NCBI RefSeq assembly: GCF_963921235.1
Contig: NC_086097.1
Coordinates: forward strand, 135,348,001-135,412,000
Direction: 5' to 3'
DNA length: 64,000 nt
DNA from: Mobula hypostoma
Taxonomy: Eukaryota
Made by a program: the position numbers and the translations under genes. The notes beneath the pieces are model-generated. The model was not told the origin of the DNA, did not search any database, and saw only the letters and a program-made list of their open reading frames with translations. Below are positions 53,001 through 63,719 of this stretch, in pieces (the first letter of the stretch is position 1; every line of letters starts with the position of its first letter).

Positions 53001-54412
53001 CTTGGTTCTATTTTAGGTTCCTCTCTTCCTTTTGATTCGAAACGTCTTAAGCAGGTCTCTAACCCTATAGTTAAATATGCTTTGCGCATTTGGTTTCAAT
53101 TCAGAAAATTTTTTGATCTTAATCAATTCGGGTTAGCGATTCCTATTTTAGGTAACATATTTTTTCCTCCCTCTTTTACGGATCGCGCTTTTCAAACTTG
53201 GAAGACTAAGGGTATTTTACGGTTTTTGGATTTATTTTTAGATGGTTCCCTTATGTCTTTTGAACAATTATCTAATAAATATAACTTATCAAGAATACAT
53301 TTTTTTAGATATTTACAAGTTAGAAATTTCCTAAGTACTATACTTTCTTCTTTTCCAATGCTTCCTCCTATATATATTTTAGATTCGATAATTAACCTTA
53401 ATCCATGTCAGAAAGGTGCATCGGCTATGATTTATAATATTATTATGAAACTTAGGAAAGCTCCATTTGATAAGATTAGGGTAGATTGGGAACAGGAATT
53501 GGGGCTTACCATTTCTGTGGATGATTGGGGGCAGATTTTACAATTAGTTAATACTTCCTCTATTTGTGCTAAACATTCCCTAATTCAATTTAAAGTGGTT
53601 CATAGAGCACATATGTCCAAAGATAAGTTAGCGCATTTTTACTCGCATATTAATCCTTTCTGTGATAGATGTTCGGGGCAGATAGCCTCTTTAACTCATA
53701 TGTTTTGGTCTTGCCCTACTTTGGAAACTTTTTGCAGAGATATTTTCAATATTATTTCTAAGGTATTAAATATAGATATCTCTCCTCACCCTATTACTGC
53801 TATCTTTGGACTACCTAAAATTTCTAGTAATCTTTCCCCTTCAGCCCGTAGAATGATTGCATTTCTTACTTTAATGGCGAAAAGATGTATTTTACAACAT
53901 TGGAAAGAGCTTAATGCTCCAACTACCTTTTTTTGGTTTTCTCAGACGATTTTATGTTTGAATTTGGAGAAAATTAGAAGTAACCTTTATGATTCTTCAT
54001 TTAAATTTGAACAGATTTGGGGACCTTTTATTCGATATTTTCATTTAATGTAATATTTACCCTTCTTGTTTTTTTTTCACTGTTTTTAATGGAGGTCGGG
54101 ATTGAGGACATGATTTTAAGTTTAACTCTGTTTGGTTTCAAGTTAGCCCATTGCTTTGCCTTCCTTTTAGTTAGCTGCACGGTGGGTTTTTTTTTGGGGT
54201 TTTTTTTTTCTTTTTTTTCCATTGATATATATAAAATTTAGTATACTATTATGTTATCTTGGTTTCTTATGCTTAAATTACATTGTTTGTAGTATTTTCT
54301 TTTTGGTATTGTTATCTTTTGGAATTTTATTATACTTTAACATTGTATTAATGTTTATATGGCTTACCTTTTTTGTATACTTACTCAATAAAAAGATTTA
54401 AAAAGAAAGAAA
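50098..54412 (+). mobile_element. L1-clade LINE, 5'-truncated (no ORF1), young insertion in DERL1 intron 1
   Basis: Perfect 14-bp TSD GGAATCACATTTTA (50084-50097, 54413-54426); AATAAA at 54387-54392; A-rich tail; intact ORF2. Confidence 0.95.
50277..54053 (+). CDS. L1 ORF2p: APE endonuclease + reverse transcriptase + C-terminal CCHC motif (1258 aa from ATG 50277)
   Basis: SWNTNGL, FLQETH, GGDLN, SRIDY, SDH (APE); KAPGPDG, YRPISLLN, DAEKAFD, GTRQGCPLSPLLF, YADD, YLGI (RT); CDRC...HMFWSC; no stops or frameshifts. Confidence 0.95.
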   Translation: MESIINFVSWNTNGLNHPIKRKKVFKVFRRLKAQILFLQETHVRRGDRLHFFKFWKGQQFHSNSNAKIRGVSIFIDSSVTFTQQDIISDPNGRFLLVSGLLFNKKVVLVNVYAPNMDCPEFYKSLFDQFPNLNEFSLIWGGDLNTCLSPALDRSAPLRTLPNKSANLINFFLSDSGSTDIWRFLHPQEKDFSFFSHVHHSYSRIDYFFIDSRLIPSVIKCDYDSITISDHAPLKLSIKIMANIPNNRQWRFNSLLLQDSDFVNFMNEQIELFFTINHTEDISVNTLWDTFKAYIRGQIISYSVALRKKQKQEEMAIVDKIKEIDKKYVMAPSEELYKQRTELQMEHSLLLSSSIVNQLKKTRSDFYVHSDKIGKLLANQLKSNYVKSQINQIYNQNDRLILDHVGINQTFCDFYSSLYQSESPRDSKYMNDFLDKLDFPQISQDMSSLLDTSITMDEIKNVIFSMNLGKAPGPDGFTVEFYKCFASLLIPWLYKVFEASLKLGKLPESFNRASISLILKKDKDPAQCASYRPISLLNVDSKVFSKLLANRLEKVLPSIISEDQTGFIKGRYSFYNIRTLLNIVYTPSQNVPECVISLDAEKAFDRVEWPYLFKVLEMFNFSLKFISWIKLLYHSPVASVRTNSLNSPFFPLFRGTRQGCPLSPLLFDIALEPLAIAIRESSNITGITRGLKSHKLSLYADDLLLYISNPERSIPAVLELLAQFGLFSGYKLNLSKSELFPINKHLPLYYKFPFKLINNYFSYLGIKITCKHKDLFKTNFLPLIDHITQLSSKWFPLYLTLIGRINAVKMFFLPKFLYVFQALPIFVPKSFFDKVDSKISSFIWQNKNPRLGKIHLQKAKRDGGLALPNFRFYYWAINIRHMKFWLLDQDILSIPKWVALELQSVQGYTLGSILGSSLPFDSKRLKQVSNPIVKYALRIWFQFRKFFDLNQFGLAIPILGNIFFPPSFTDRAFQTWKTKGILRFLDLFLDGSLMSFEQLSNKYNLSRIHFFRYLQVRNFLSTILSSFPMLPPIYILDSIINLNPCQKGASAMIYNIIMKLRKAPFDKIRVDWEQELGLTISVDDWGQILQLVNTSSICAKHSLIQFKVVHRAHMSKDKLAHFYSHINPFCDRCSGQIASLTHMFWSCPTLETFCRDIFNIISKVLNIDISPHPITAIFGLPKISSNLSPSARRMIAFLTLMAKRCILQHWKELNAPTTFFWFSQTILCLNLEKIRSNLYDSSFKFEQIWGPFIRYFHLM

Positions 54413-54639
54413 GGAATCACATTTTAATGTGCACTGAATCATGTGAAATTTAGTGAGATATAAACATAAAATGCTCAGGTTAGGAAATATCTACTGAGAG
54501 AGAAACAGTTAATGTTTCAAGTGAGTGATCTTTCATCATAACTGATTGTATTAAAAAGGTTTTGTAGCAGCAGTTCCCAATGGTAAGGCTTCATAGCATA
54601 AAAACGTTTGGAAACCCCTGTTACACAAGATTCCTCTCG

Positions 54640-55365
54640 TGAAAGGCCCCAAACAGTCCTTCCAGATGAGGTAACACTTCACCTATGAGTCTGTTGTAAT
54701 TATCTACTGTATCCAGTGCAGTGTCCTGTGTATCAGTGAGACTACTTCGTCAAGCACCTTCGCTCCATCTGCCACAAAAAGTGGAATTTCCCCGGTGGCC
54801 ACCCATTTCAATTCCACTTCCCATTCCAATTCCGACATGTTAGTCCATGGCCTCCTCTACTGCCATGATGCGACCACACTCAGGTTGGAGAGCAAAACCT
54901 TATATTCCGTTCTAGGTAGTCTCCAACCTGATGGTGTGAATGCTGATTTTTGAACTTCCGGTAATGGCCCTCCCCCTTTCAGTTTCCTCATTCTTGTTTC
55001 CCTCTCACGCCTTCTTACCTGCCCATCCCCTTCCTCTGGTGCTCCCCCCCACTTCCCTTTCTTCCATCGTCTTCTACCCTCTCTTATCAGATTTCCCCTT
55101 CTCCAGCCCTTTATCTCTTCCACCAATCATCTTACCAACTCTTAAATCCTCTGCCAGTTTCTATCACATGCTGCCTCGTACTACTTCCTCTCCTCTTTCC
55201 CACTCCCCCCACCACCTTAATCTGACTACTCCCCTTCCTTTCCAGTCCAAATGAAGGGTCTTGACATGAATCATCGACTTTATTCTTTTCCATAGATGTT
55301 GCCTGGCCTGCTGAGTGCCTCCAATGCTTTGCTTTGGATTTCCAGCATCTGCAGATTTTCTCGTG
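54640..55365 (+). mobile_element. Penelope-like element 3' remnant
   Basis: Decayed GIY-YIG region, C/T-rich tract and terminal repeat with a degenerate hammerhead at 55244-55279. Confidence 0.78.
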
Positions 55366-55589
55366 ATGGAATTTAAGGAATTTAATTGAAATGCTACTTC
55401 TGTATTCCCTCTCCACAGATCTAATGAATATGTCCAGCATCTTGTGTTTTTAATTTGGACTTCCAACATCTCCCATGATCATTATATATTTGCATACGAC
55501 AGGAAACCAGAGAAAAATTCAGGGTGCCCATAAGTATGTGAGAAGTTGATTTTCTATGAGCTAAATCTCACTTGGACTAATCAACAAGC

Positions 55590-56710
55590 TTCAAATCTGA
55601 GGCCTCAATACCTGCATGTGCAACTGGATCCTCGATTTCCTCACTTGCAGACCTCAGTCAGTTTGGATTGGTAACAACACGTCCACAATCACCATCAGCA
55701 CAGGTGCATCACAAGGCTGTGTGCTTAGCCGCTGCTCTACTCACTTGTACTTGTGACTGTGAGGCTAAGCGTATTTCCAATACCATATAGACACTTGTTG
55801 ATGACATCACTGTTGTTGGCCAAATCAAAGGTGGCAATGAATCAGCTTATAGGAGGGAGATTGAAAATCTGGCTGAAAGGTGTCACAACAATAACCTCTC
55901 ACTCAAGGTCAACAAGACCAAAGAGATGGTTATTGACTTCAGAATGAGGAAACCAGAGGTCCATGAGGCAGTCCTCATCAGGGGGTCAACAGTTCAGAGG
56001 GTCAGCAACTTTAAGTTCTTCAGTATTATCATTTCAGCAGATGTGTCCTGGGGTCCAGCATACAAGTGCCATTATAAAGAAAGTATAGCATCACCTCTGC
56101 TTTCTTATAATTTGGCATGTCATCAAAAATTTTGACAAACTTCTATAGATGTGTGGTGGAGAGTATACTGACTGATTGCATCTTGGCCTGGTATTGAAAC
56201 ACTAATGCCCTTGTACAGAAAAGCTTACAAAAAGTATTGGATACAGTCCAGTATATCATGGATAAAGCCCTCCCCGCCATTGAGCAGATTTACATGGAGA
56301 GCTGTTGCAGAAAAGCAGCATCCATTATCTAGGCCACCCACCGTCTGGGCCATGCTCTTTTCTTGCTGGTTCTGTCCGGATGCATGTCCGGGAGTCTAAA
56401 GACCCACACCACCAAGTTCAGGAACAGGCTCTTGAACCAGAGGGGATAACTTCACTTACTCCATCACTGAACTGTTCCCACCACCTATGAACTTACTTTC
56501 AAGGACTCTTCATCTCATATTCTCAGTATTTATTGCATATTTATTATTATTTCTTTTATTTTCGTATTTGCTCGGTTTGTTTTTTTTTTGCACATTAATT
56601 GCCCATCCTGTTGGGTGCAGTCTTTCATTGTGTTTGTGATTTCCTGCAAGAAAATTAACTTGAGGGTTGTATGTAGTGTTATATATGTATTTTGATAATA
56701 AAACTACTTT
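55590..56710 (+). mobile_element. Rex1/Babar-type LINE 3' fragment
   Basis: KTKEMVIDFR, VSNFKF and a typical 3' UTR. Confidence 0.7.
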
Positions 56711-57049
56711 GAGCTTTGAAACATTTTCATTTAGTAATAAAGGCAGTTACTTGCACAGGATTGTCTTTGATGGGGCAAATTGCTGCCTGTTCAATTTTAA
56801 GTGGGTGGAACACCATGTTTCCATTGATGTATTTGATAAATTTTAAGTGGATTTTATCTTTTCTCCATTGTCTACCTTTTATTTGGAGGTTTAAAACATT
56901 AAAATGTATGCCTTTAAGAGCCTCCAGGCAAATGAGAAAAGAAATATGCCTTCATAAACTACTTCGACCACCCCCATTTACTCCCAGCAGGCAATGACCC
57001 CCTTATTTCTAGAAGAATTTGTACTTCTCATATTGGCTTTATCAGCCTC

Positions 57050-57640
57050 TGCTGAAACACGAGAGTTTGCAAATGCTGGAAATCTGGAGCAATACACAAA
57101 ATACTAGAGGAGCTCAGCAAGTCAGGCAGCATATATGGGAGGGAATATATAGTCAAGGTGGGGGGAGGGGAAGGAGTACAAGCTGGCAGGTGATAAGTGA
57201 CACACACAAAATGCTGGTGGAACGCAGCAGGCCAGACAGCATCCATAGGAAAAAACAAAGTTGACGTTTCGGGTTGAGTCCCTTCGTCAGGACTGAATTT
57301 CTGGCATCTGCAGATTTCCTCATGTTTGAGGTGATAAGTGAAACCAGGTGAGGGGGAGGGGATGAAGTAAGAAACTGGGAGTGATAAGTGTTAGAGGTAA
57401 AGAGCTGAAGGAGGAATCTAAAAGGAGAGGGCAGTGCAGTAGAAGAAAGGGAAGGAGGAGGAGCACTCGAGGGAGGAGATGGGCAGGTGAAGAGAAGGAG
57501 TGAGAAAGAAACTAAAATGGGAATTGAAAAGGTGGGGGGAGATGTTACTGGATGCTGGTGAAATTGTTCATGCTATCAGGTTGTAGGCTATACGGACAAT
57601 GAGATTTTGATCTTCCAACATGAGTATGGCATCATCAGGT
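57050..57640 (-). mobile_element. Old Penelope-like 3' remnant hosting a younger PLE mini-insertion
   Basis: Similar to 19880-20380; nested insert 57201-57328 with a 13-bp TSD. Confidence 0.72.
57259..57294 (-). ncRNA. Minimal hammerhead motif, core intact, one helix I mismatch
   Basis: AGUC-CUGACGA-AGGGACUCAACCC-GAAA-CGUC-AACU. Confidence 0.65.
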
Positions 57641-58233
57641 TAAACTGGACACGATCCCAAAGCCAACATCATAAGAGAAATAGTTACATTTAAATCTGCT
57701 CTGACATTTTTTTAACCTGGTCCAACACAAAATTGTTCATTGTTGAACATCTAGGCACACAATGCATAAACTTTCTTGCTGCAGCATCGTGATTTTTACA
57801 AGAAATGATAAGAACAAAAAAAAATATTTCAGTGCAAAGTAGACCAAAAGGCCTGTTTCCATGCTGATTGAGGATTTGAGGATATCATTGTGATATAAAG
57901 GAAAATGATGTGTGAATGCTTTGCAGCAAGCCTCATGATAAGTAGGCTTGTCACTAATTTAGGGTATTCAGTTGCTGAGACTACAGCATCAGATTTAGAA
58001 ATAAACTATTCTGGTTGTAGGTCAGATGCAAATATTGTGACTAGTATTTTGCCTGCTTTCTAAATGATAGACCTTGCTGTGATAAAAGGCGAAGAAACAG
58101 GTTGCAAGGTCTCAAAGTACTTAATGAGAGACATAGTTTTGTTTTGAATATTGTGCAGTGTTTGTTTTCTTTATTGTATTGATAGTATTGTGTATGAAAG
58201 AAATGAATAACCAATGTTGTTTCCTCCATACAG

Positions 58234-58333
58234 ATATGGAGACCCGTGACAGCATCCCTGTTTTACCCTATGGGATTCCATTATTTGATTCAGTTGTACT
58301 TCCTGTATTCATATTCCACCAGCTTGGAAAGAG
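58234..58333 (+). CDS. DERL1: Derlin-1 coding exon 2 (WR motif)
   Basis: cag|ATA TGG AGA...G|gtagga; IWRPVTASLFYPMGFHYLIQLYFLYSYSTSLERG; 100 nt. Confidence 0.93.
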
Positions 58334-59970
58334 GTAGGATTTTATCCTTTGTTTGCACTGTATCCAGTTAGCATTACAAGGCAATTACTTACATTCTGTA
58401 AGAAAAGTAAACATAATTTTACTGGAAATTTGTTTCCAAAATGTCTTGAAGCAAACATCCTGCAGAACATTTTGTTCAATCTTCCATTAGGAGCAACGTT
58501 GCTGTTGAACGTTTTAAGCATTTCATTACAGGATGAAGAATGTCATCTGGTTCAAAACATTACTTTAATGTCAATCTACTACATTTTTCATATATAAAAC
58601 AAAGGGCCGCTATAATCTGTTCTTGAAGTTTGTTCAGTTTCTTAGGGCCAATGTGAACTGGGATTTTGGTTTTGTTTTTATGATTCAGTTCACTGACATG
58701 TTTTTCCTTTCTATCAAAATATGGAATAATCAAACATGGAAAAACATGGTCTGGTGGGAGAATATTCTTAAGAACATTTTCCTTTTCAGATTGTTATTTC
58801 ATGAAGGGAAGCTGATAGCTGGAAATGAGATTAATTGCTGGCCTGGAGGCATTTTATTCTGATGCTTGGACAGAGCCCATATGTACACCTGAGTTTTGAT
58901 TTTGTGAAATCATTCAGCATTGGACTGAATGGTGATGTAATGAATGAAGAATTGGGTATAAAACATTACCCTTTTCCTTCCTGCCTTCTGACTTGCCTTG
59001 ATGTATATGATTGATGGCTTTCTGGAGGATAAGAGTACAGAAGGAAATGAAGGCAATGGAACTGAGATGCAGTTTGGCCCCAATCTCATTAAATGGTAGA
59101 ACATGCTGTTGGGGCTGCATGACTTCCTCCTGTTCCTATGCTTACAAAGTTTAATTTAGCATGTAAATTTCCATTCTAATATGCATAAATACTTTTGCAT
59201 TGTGTTAGACTGCATTGCAGTAGGGAGGAGCTACAGAGGTGGAAATTGGGATGATGTACCCACACAGTCTTGATGCAGGATTTTGACCCAAAATGTCAGC
59301 AATTCTTTCCACAACTCCACCTTCTCCTGTGATTCTCCCCCCCCCCCCCCCGCCGCCCCCTGCCCAAACAGATCCTGCTTGAGCTATGGAGCTCCTCCAG
59401 CAGATTGTTTTTCCAGATTCCACTGCAGCCTCTTGTGTACCCACACAGTTGGCTTTGGTGGTTGGTGGAATTGGAGTAAAGAACATGAGAACTCTATCTT
59501 GAATGGTTAGGACTCTCCCATAACCAAATGCATGCTGCAGTAGTTTTATGTTACACGGGGGTTTGTGTAGTTGCTCAGCTTGTGAACTGAAAGCCCTTAT
59601 AGAAGAGGAGCCTAAATATAAATTGTGGTTGATGACAATAACTTTTTTGTTAGAAGTTGCTTATGGCAATTTTGCCGTAAAAATGATATAAAATTGAAGG
59701 AGAATTTGTTTCTCAACTCACTGATCTGCAAAAGGAATAGTGCTGTTTAGATTATCCTTTGACTAATTGATGTATTAAAAACACAAATTTTTGTTCACTT
59801 TTTACTTAAAAATCTTGAGCAGATAGCTGCTTTTTTCAAAGGAAGGTATTGTATGGTTGTCCCTCTTTCTCTCCCATCTCTAATGGTACAGTGTGCTTTC
59901 TGGTGTTCATTGGAGTGTCAGTGGGCTGTTTGGCCAGAGAAGCTGGGCAGAAGTAGCAGTCGGATACTGA

Positions 59971-61247
59971 GGCTACGTCCACACTAGACTGGATAGATCC
60001 GTAACCGAAGCCTTCTCTCTTTGTTTTGACCCTCCGTCCACATTGAAACGGTGCTTTCCTCCCCCGAAAATGGAGCTTTTCTAAAACGCTGTCCAGAGTG
60101 TTTAAATCTGAAAACGCCGGTTGGGTGGTGTAGTGTGTACGAGGTAACCGGAGCTTTTTAAAACCGCTGGCATGACGCGCCGGAACAAATGGTGGTGGCA
60201 GCGTGGCATTTCATTGTTTTCTTGAACACAACCTCCAGCACCACAACAACATCTGACAATAGATGTGTAACAGCCTAATGTAACATTGTATGGAAATACA
60301 AGGTAACACTGATGTAGACATGCTTTATACATTTAACAAGGTGCTTTATTAATGTATTGCTTGTGCAAACATTCAGTATATGCAATTGTCACTACTTCCA
60401 AAATGTCCTTTTTAAGTAGTAGCTTATGTTTGGCATAGACATGAAAATGTTAAGGCCAAAAAAGGAAAATTGTAATTTTAACTTTTACTCAGGTAAAAAT
60501 AAAATCACTTTTGCCCAGTAACTCATTTTATTGCACATGTTAAACACAGCAAAATAATACAGAAAGACATGGCAAAAGTAAAGGCAAACAAATGAGGTAA
60601 CAGCAAATTTCACTTTTGCCCAGTAACAAGGCTTATTGCATTTAGTTGTAGCTGTCGTCCCTTTCATCGGTGAAGAGACCATGGCTGTAGGAAATGTTTC
60701 CAGGTTGACCCCTCTGTGGGAGTGGGGGAGATGTTGGTGGTGGGGCCGCCCGGGGGTCTGTGTGTCCGTATGTGTAGCTGTTGTAGTGGCTGTGAGGCTG
60801 GTATTGTGTCGGTGAAAAGTACTGGGGGGGGAGTCATCATATTCCTCATCATTGCAAATCCCTCTGCAACAGAGTTAGCCAGATTTTCAATGTTCGTCAT
60901 CAGCCGGGTCTTCTGTCCATGAACTCCCTGTCGGTTGCCTCCATACGCTCCAGTATTTGTTTTTTTTAGTTTTAAGTCCTCCTGCGCGAGAACCAACAGT
61001 TGTCTGTTGTTTGGCAATTTCCTTTTAAGTTTTCCTAGTCTGTAACTGGACAAACGCGCACCAAGTATACCGTTTCCTCTTTGCTTGTTTTCTGTAGATG
61101 TGTCCTGTGCATGCCCAGTAGGAGATTCGCCCAAATACCTGCTTTAATGTGGACGGAGGTATTTTCAAAAATGCCTGGTGTGGACGCCTATTGTTTTTAC
61201 GCGAAACTAGCGTTTTCAAAATTATCTGGTCTAGTGTGGATGTAGCC
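59971..61247. mobile_element. PIF/Harbinger-type non-autonomous DNA transposon
   Basis: TGA|GGCTACGTCCACACTAGACTGGATA ... TATCTGGTCTAGTGTGGATGTAGCC|TGA (3-bp TSD, ~25-bp TIR); AAAACG-type subterminal repeats. Confidence 0.85.
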
Positions 61248-61687
61248 TGAGTTTATCCTGTTGTGATGCCTATGCACATTACAGAATTGTAGTAATGAAG
61301 ATGAATATTCACTATACTCTTAAGTTCTTTACAAGGGTTACTTAAAGTGTTAAAATTTCCCATTTTTAGCATCAGTGATTTAGCACTAAACAGGATTGAA
61401 GTTTTAGCATAATTGATCTGCACTCTGACAGATGCACTAGGTTGCTGAGCCATTGCAATACTGCATGGGATGGATACAGGAATCACTTCCAGATATATAT
61501 TTCCAGATCAGTTTGCCTGACATATTCACTGCAGTCTTTAAACCAAGTCTTTTTATGATTATAGCATTTTCTCAATCACATCAGAGGAAAATTATAGGAA
61601 GTAATTGGTATTCTATGTTCTCTGCTACATATAATTGTTTTACTGTGAAACTAATCTACAATATAACTCTATTTTTTAAATGCATAG

Positions 61688-61752
61688 GATTCTTTGATGG
61701 GAGGACAGCCGACTATATATTTATGTTGTTTTTCAACTGGATTTGCACAGTG
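61688..61752 (+). CDS. DERL1: Derlin-1 coding exon 3
   Basis: tag|GA...GTG|gtatcctttt; FFDGRTADYIFMLFFNWICTV; 65 nt. Confidence 0.95.
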
Positions 61753-62963
61753 GTATCCTTTTCAAAATCACATTAAGTTCGTATTTGTACATCTTTACTG
61801 ACCATGCAATACTGCATGGTGTTTTGTAGCCAATGGTCGCTATTGTAGGTAAGCAATGCAGCTGCCAGTAAATAATGTGATAATGGCCACTTAATCTGTT
61901 TTTGAGGAGCTCCAAAACGTTTAGTTGAAAGCTAAATTTTAAGCAGGGCACCAAGAAGAGCTCCCCTAGTTCAAAATATTAGATTAGATTTTTATGAGGA
62001 CACGCAGTCCTCTTTTATTGTCATTTAGTAATGCATGCATTAAGAAATGATACAATATTCCTCTGGTGTGATATCACAAAAACACAGGACAGACCAAGAC
62101 TGAAAAACTAACAAAACCACATAATTATAACATATAGTTATAATGGTGCAACAATACCATAACTTGAAGAACAGACCACGGCACAGTAAAAAAAGTACAA
62201 AGTTTCTCGAAAGTCCTACATCTCACGCAGGTGGGAGAAGGAAGAAAACTCTCCCTGCCATGCCCGACCACAGTCCGACAATGAGTCGTCCGAAAACTTC
62301 GAGCTCTGATCAGCCCTCCGACACCGAGTACCGAGCACCATCTCTATCCGAATGTTTCGACCTCAGCCTTGGTCGCCAGCAGCAGGCAAAGCTGGGGATT
62401 TTGGGGCCTTCCCTCCGGAGATTCTCGATCGCACAGTAACAACAGCAGCGAACCAGGTATTTCAGAAATTTCTCCAGATGTTCCTCTGCTTCTCACGTCT
62501 GTTTTCATCAAATCAGAATTGTCCACGGCCCCTATTTAACAGATACGATATCATTTCACCGGAGAGCTGCGCGATGCCATCTTCTCCTCCCGATGTACCA
62601 GGTTTCAGATTTGGAGCTCCTCAAAAATAAAGACGTCTCAGATAATACATTATCCATTAATTGTACAGCATTACATTAGTGATATCCTAGACTGGATTTC
62701 ATGTGTCTGGGATGGGACACTTAAGTCGCAACTTCCTTGGGGTATTAATTGAGCCCTGGTAATAGATAAGCGTAATCTAAGTTGAATGGCATGTCTGAAG
62801 TAACTAACCTCGGCCTGAACAGAAATTAAAGAACCTCTGCTGGCCTACAATAAAATTAGTCATGATGCAAATAACTTTTGTTGGGGAATATACACTTAAG
62901 ATGTATTAGTATGTAGTGGGAAATAACATGCTGTTAAAGTTTTCCTGATCAATACCATTACAG
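61753..62963 (+). other. DERL1: U12-type (minor spliceosome) GT-AG intron, DERL1 intron 3
   Basis: 5' splice site GTATCCTTTT; branch-site-like TTTTCCTGAT at 62940-62949 with A62948 about 15 nt before the AG; no polypyrimidine tract. Confidence 0.88.
61978..62592 (-). mobile_element. Non-coding retroposon with a Rex1-like 3' tail inside the U12 intron
   Basis: Minus strand starts GGGAGGAGAAGATGGC and ends TGACAATAAAAG...AATCTAATCT; CpG-rich relative to flanks. Confidence 0.55.
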
Positions 62964-62990
62964 ATTGTTGCATTACTCATTGGAATGCCT
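62964..62990 (+). CDS. DERL1: Derlin-1 coding exon 4 (27-nt microexon); gene continues beyond window
   Basis: cag|ATTGTTGCATTACTCATTGGAATGCCT|gtaagt = IVALLIGMP; phase 0/0; same length and position as human ITGLAMDMQ. Confidence 0.85.
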
Positions 62991-63719
62991 GTAAGTATTT
63001 TTGGAGGGTTAGGGTGCAGTGTGCTTCAGAACAGAATCATTTCTATCTTTGTGTTAATAGAAAACCTGGCTGTTCAGGATATTTTCTGTTATTGCACAAG
63101 TAGTGAAGAGTAAGAGGTAGTGCTGGAAGGGAAGAGAGAAAGTGGAGATGGTAATGATTCACTTTTGTACCCAATACCAGCCAGAGTTAATTAAAGCACA
63201 AAATGAACAAATAGTTGATTTCTGTTAGTAAGGAAGAAGTTTTGTTTTAGGATACTTGGCATGAGATGAGCCCTCTTTTCAATTTCACTATAGTTGGTAA
63301 AGCCTTCATTGATGGTAGTTTCAAATCCTTGACACCTTTCCTAACTCTGCATCTCTTGCTGTCCATGAAAATTTGCTCAGTTCTCTAGTAGCCCAGCTGT
63401 CTTGTGCTTTTCCAATTTCCTTCCTTAGAACAGTACAATGCTGGAACGAGCCCTATTGTGCTGAACTAATTAAAATAGTAATCAAATGGCCAACTAGCCT
63501 AATCCCTTCTTCTAACACAATGTCCATATCCTATCTGCGCCATTGTGCCGGCTACCATGCTCCTTCCTGGTTGCGACATCTACCTTCCTCTCAATCCCTT
63601 TACTTTCTGACCTGGTGCTCTGGTTCCTATCTCACCCCCCCCCTCCCTTGACCACCCCCCCCCCCAATCGAACTAGTTTAAACACTCCCAAGTGGTACAA
63701 GCCAACCTCCTAGCCAGGA

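Noticed and set aside
63326..63346. TCCTTGAC / TTCCTAAC U12 branch-site look-alikes
   Set aside because: No AG at a suitable distance and no Derlin-like exon follows; the acceptor at 62963 fits better.
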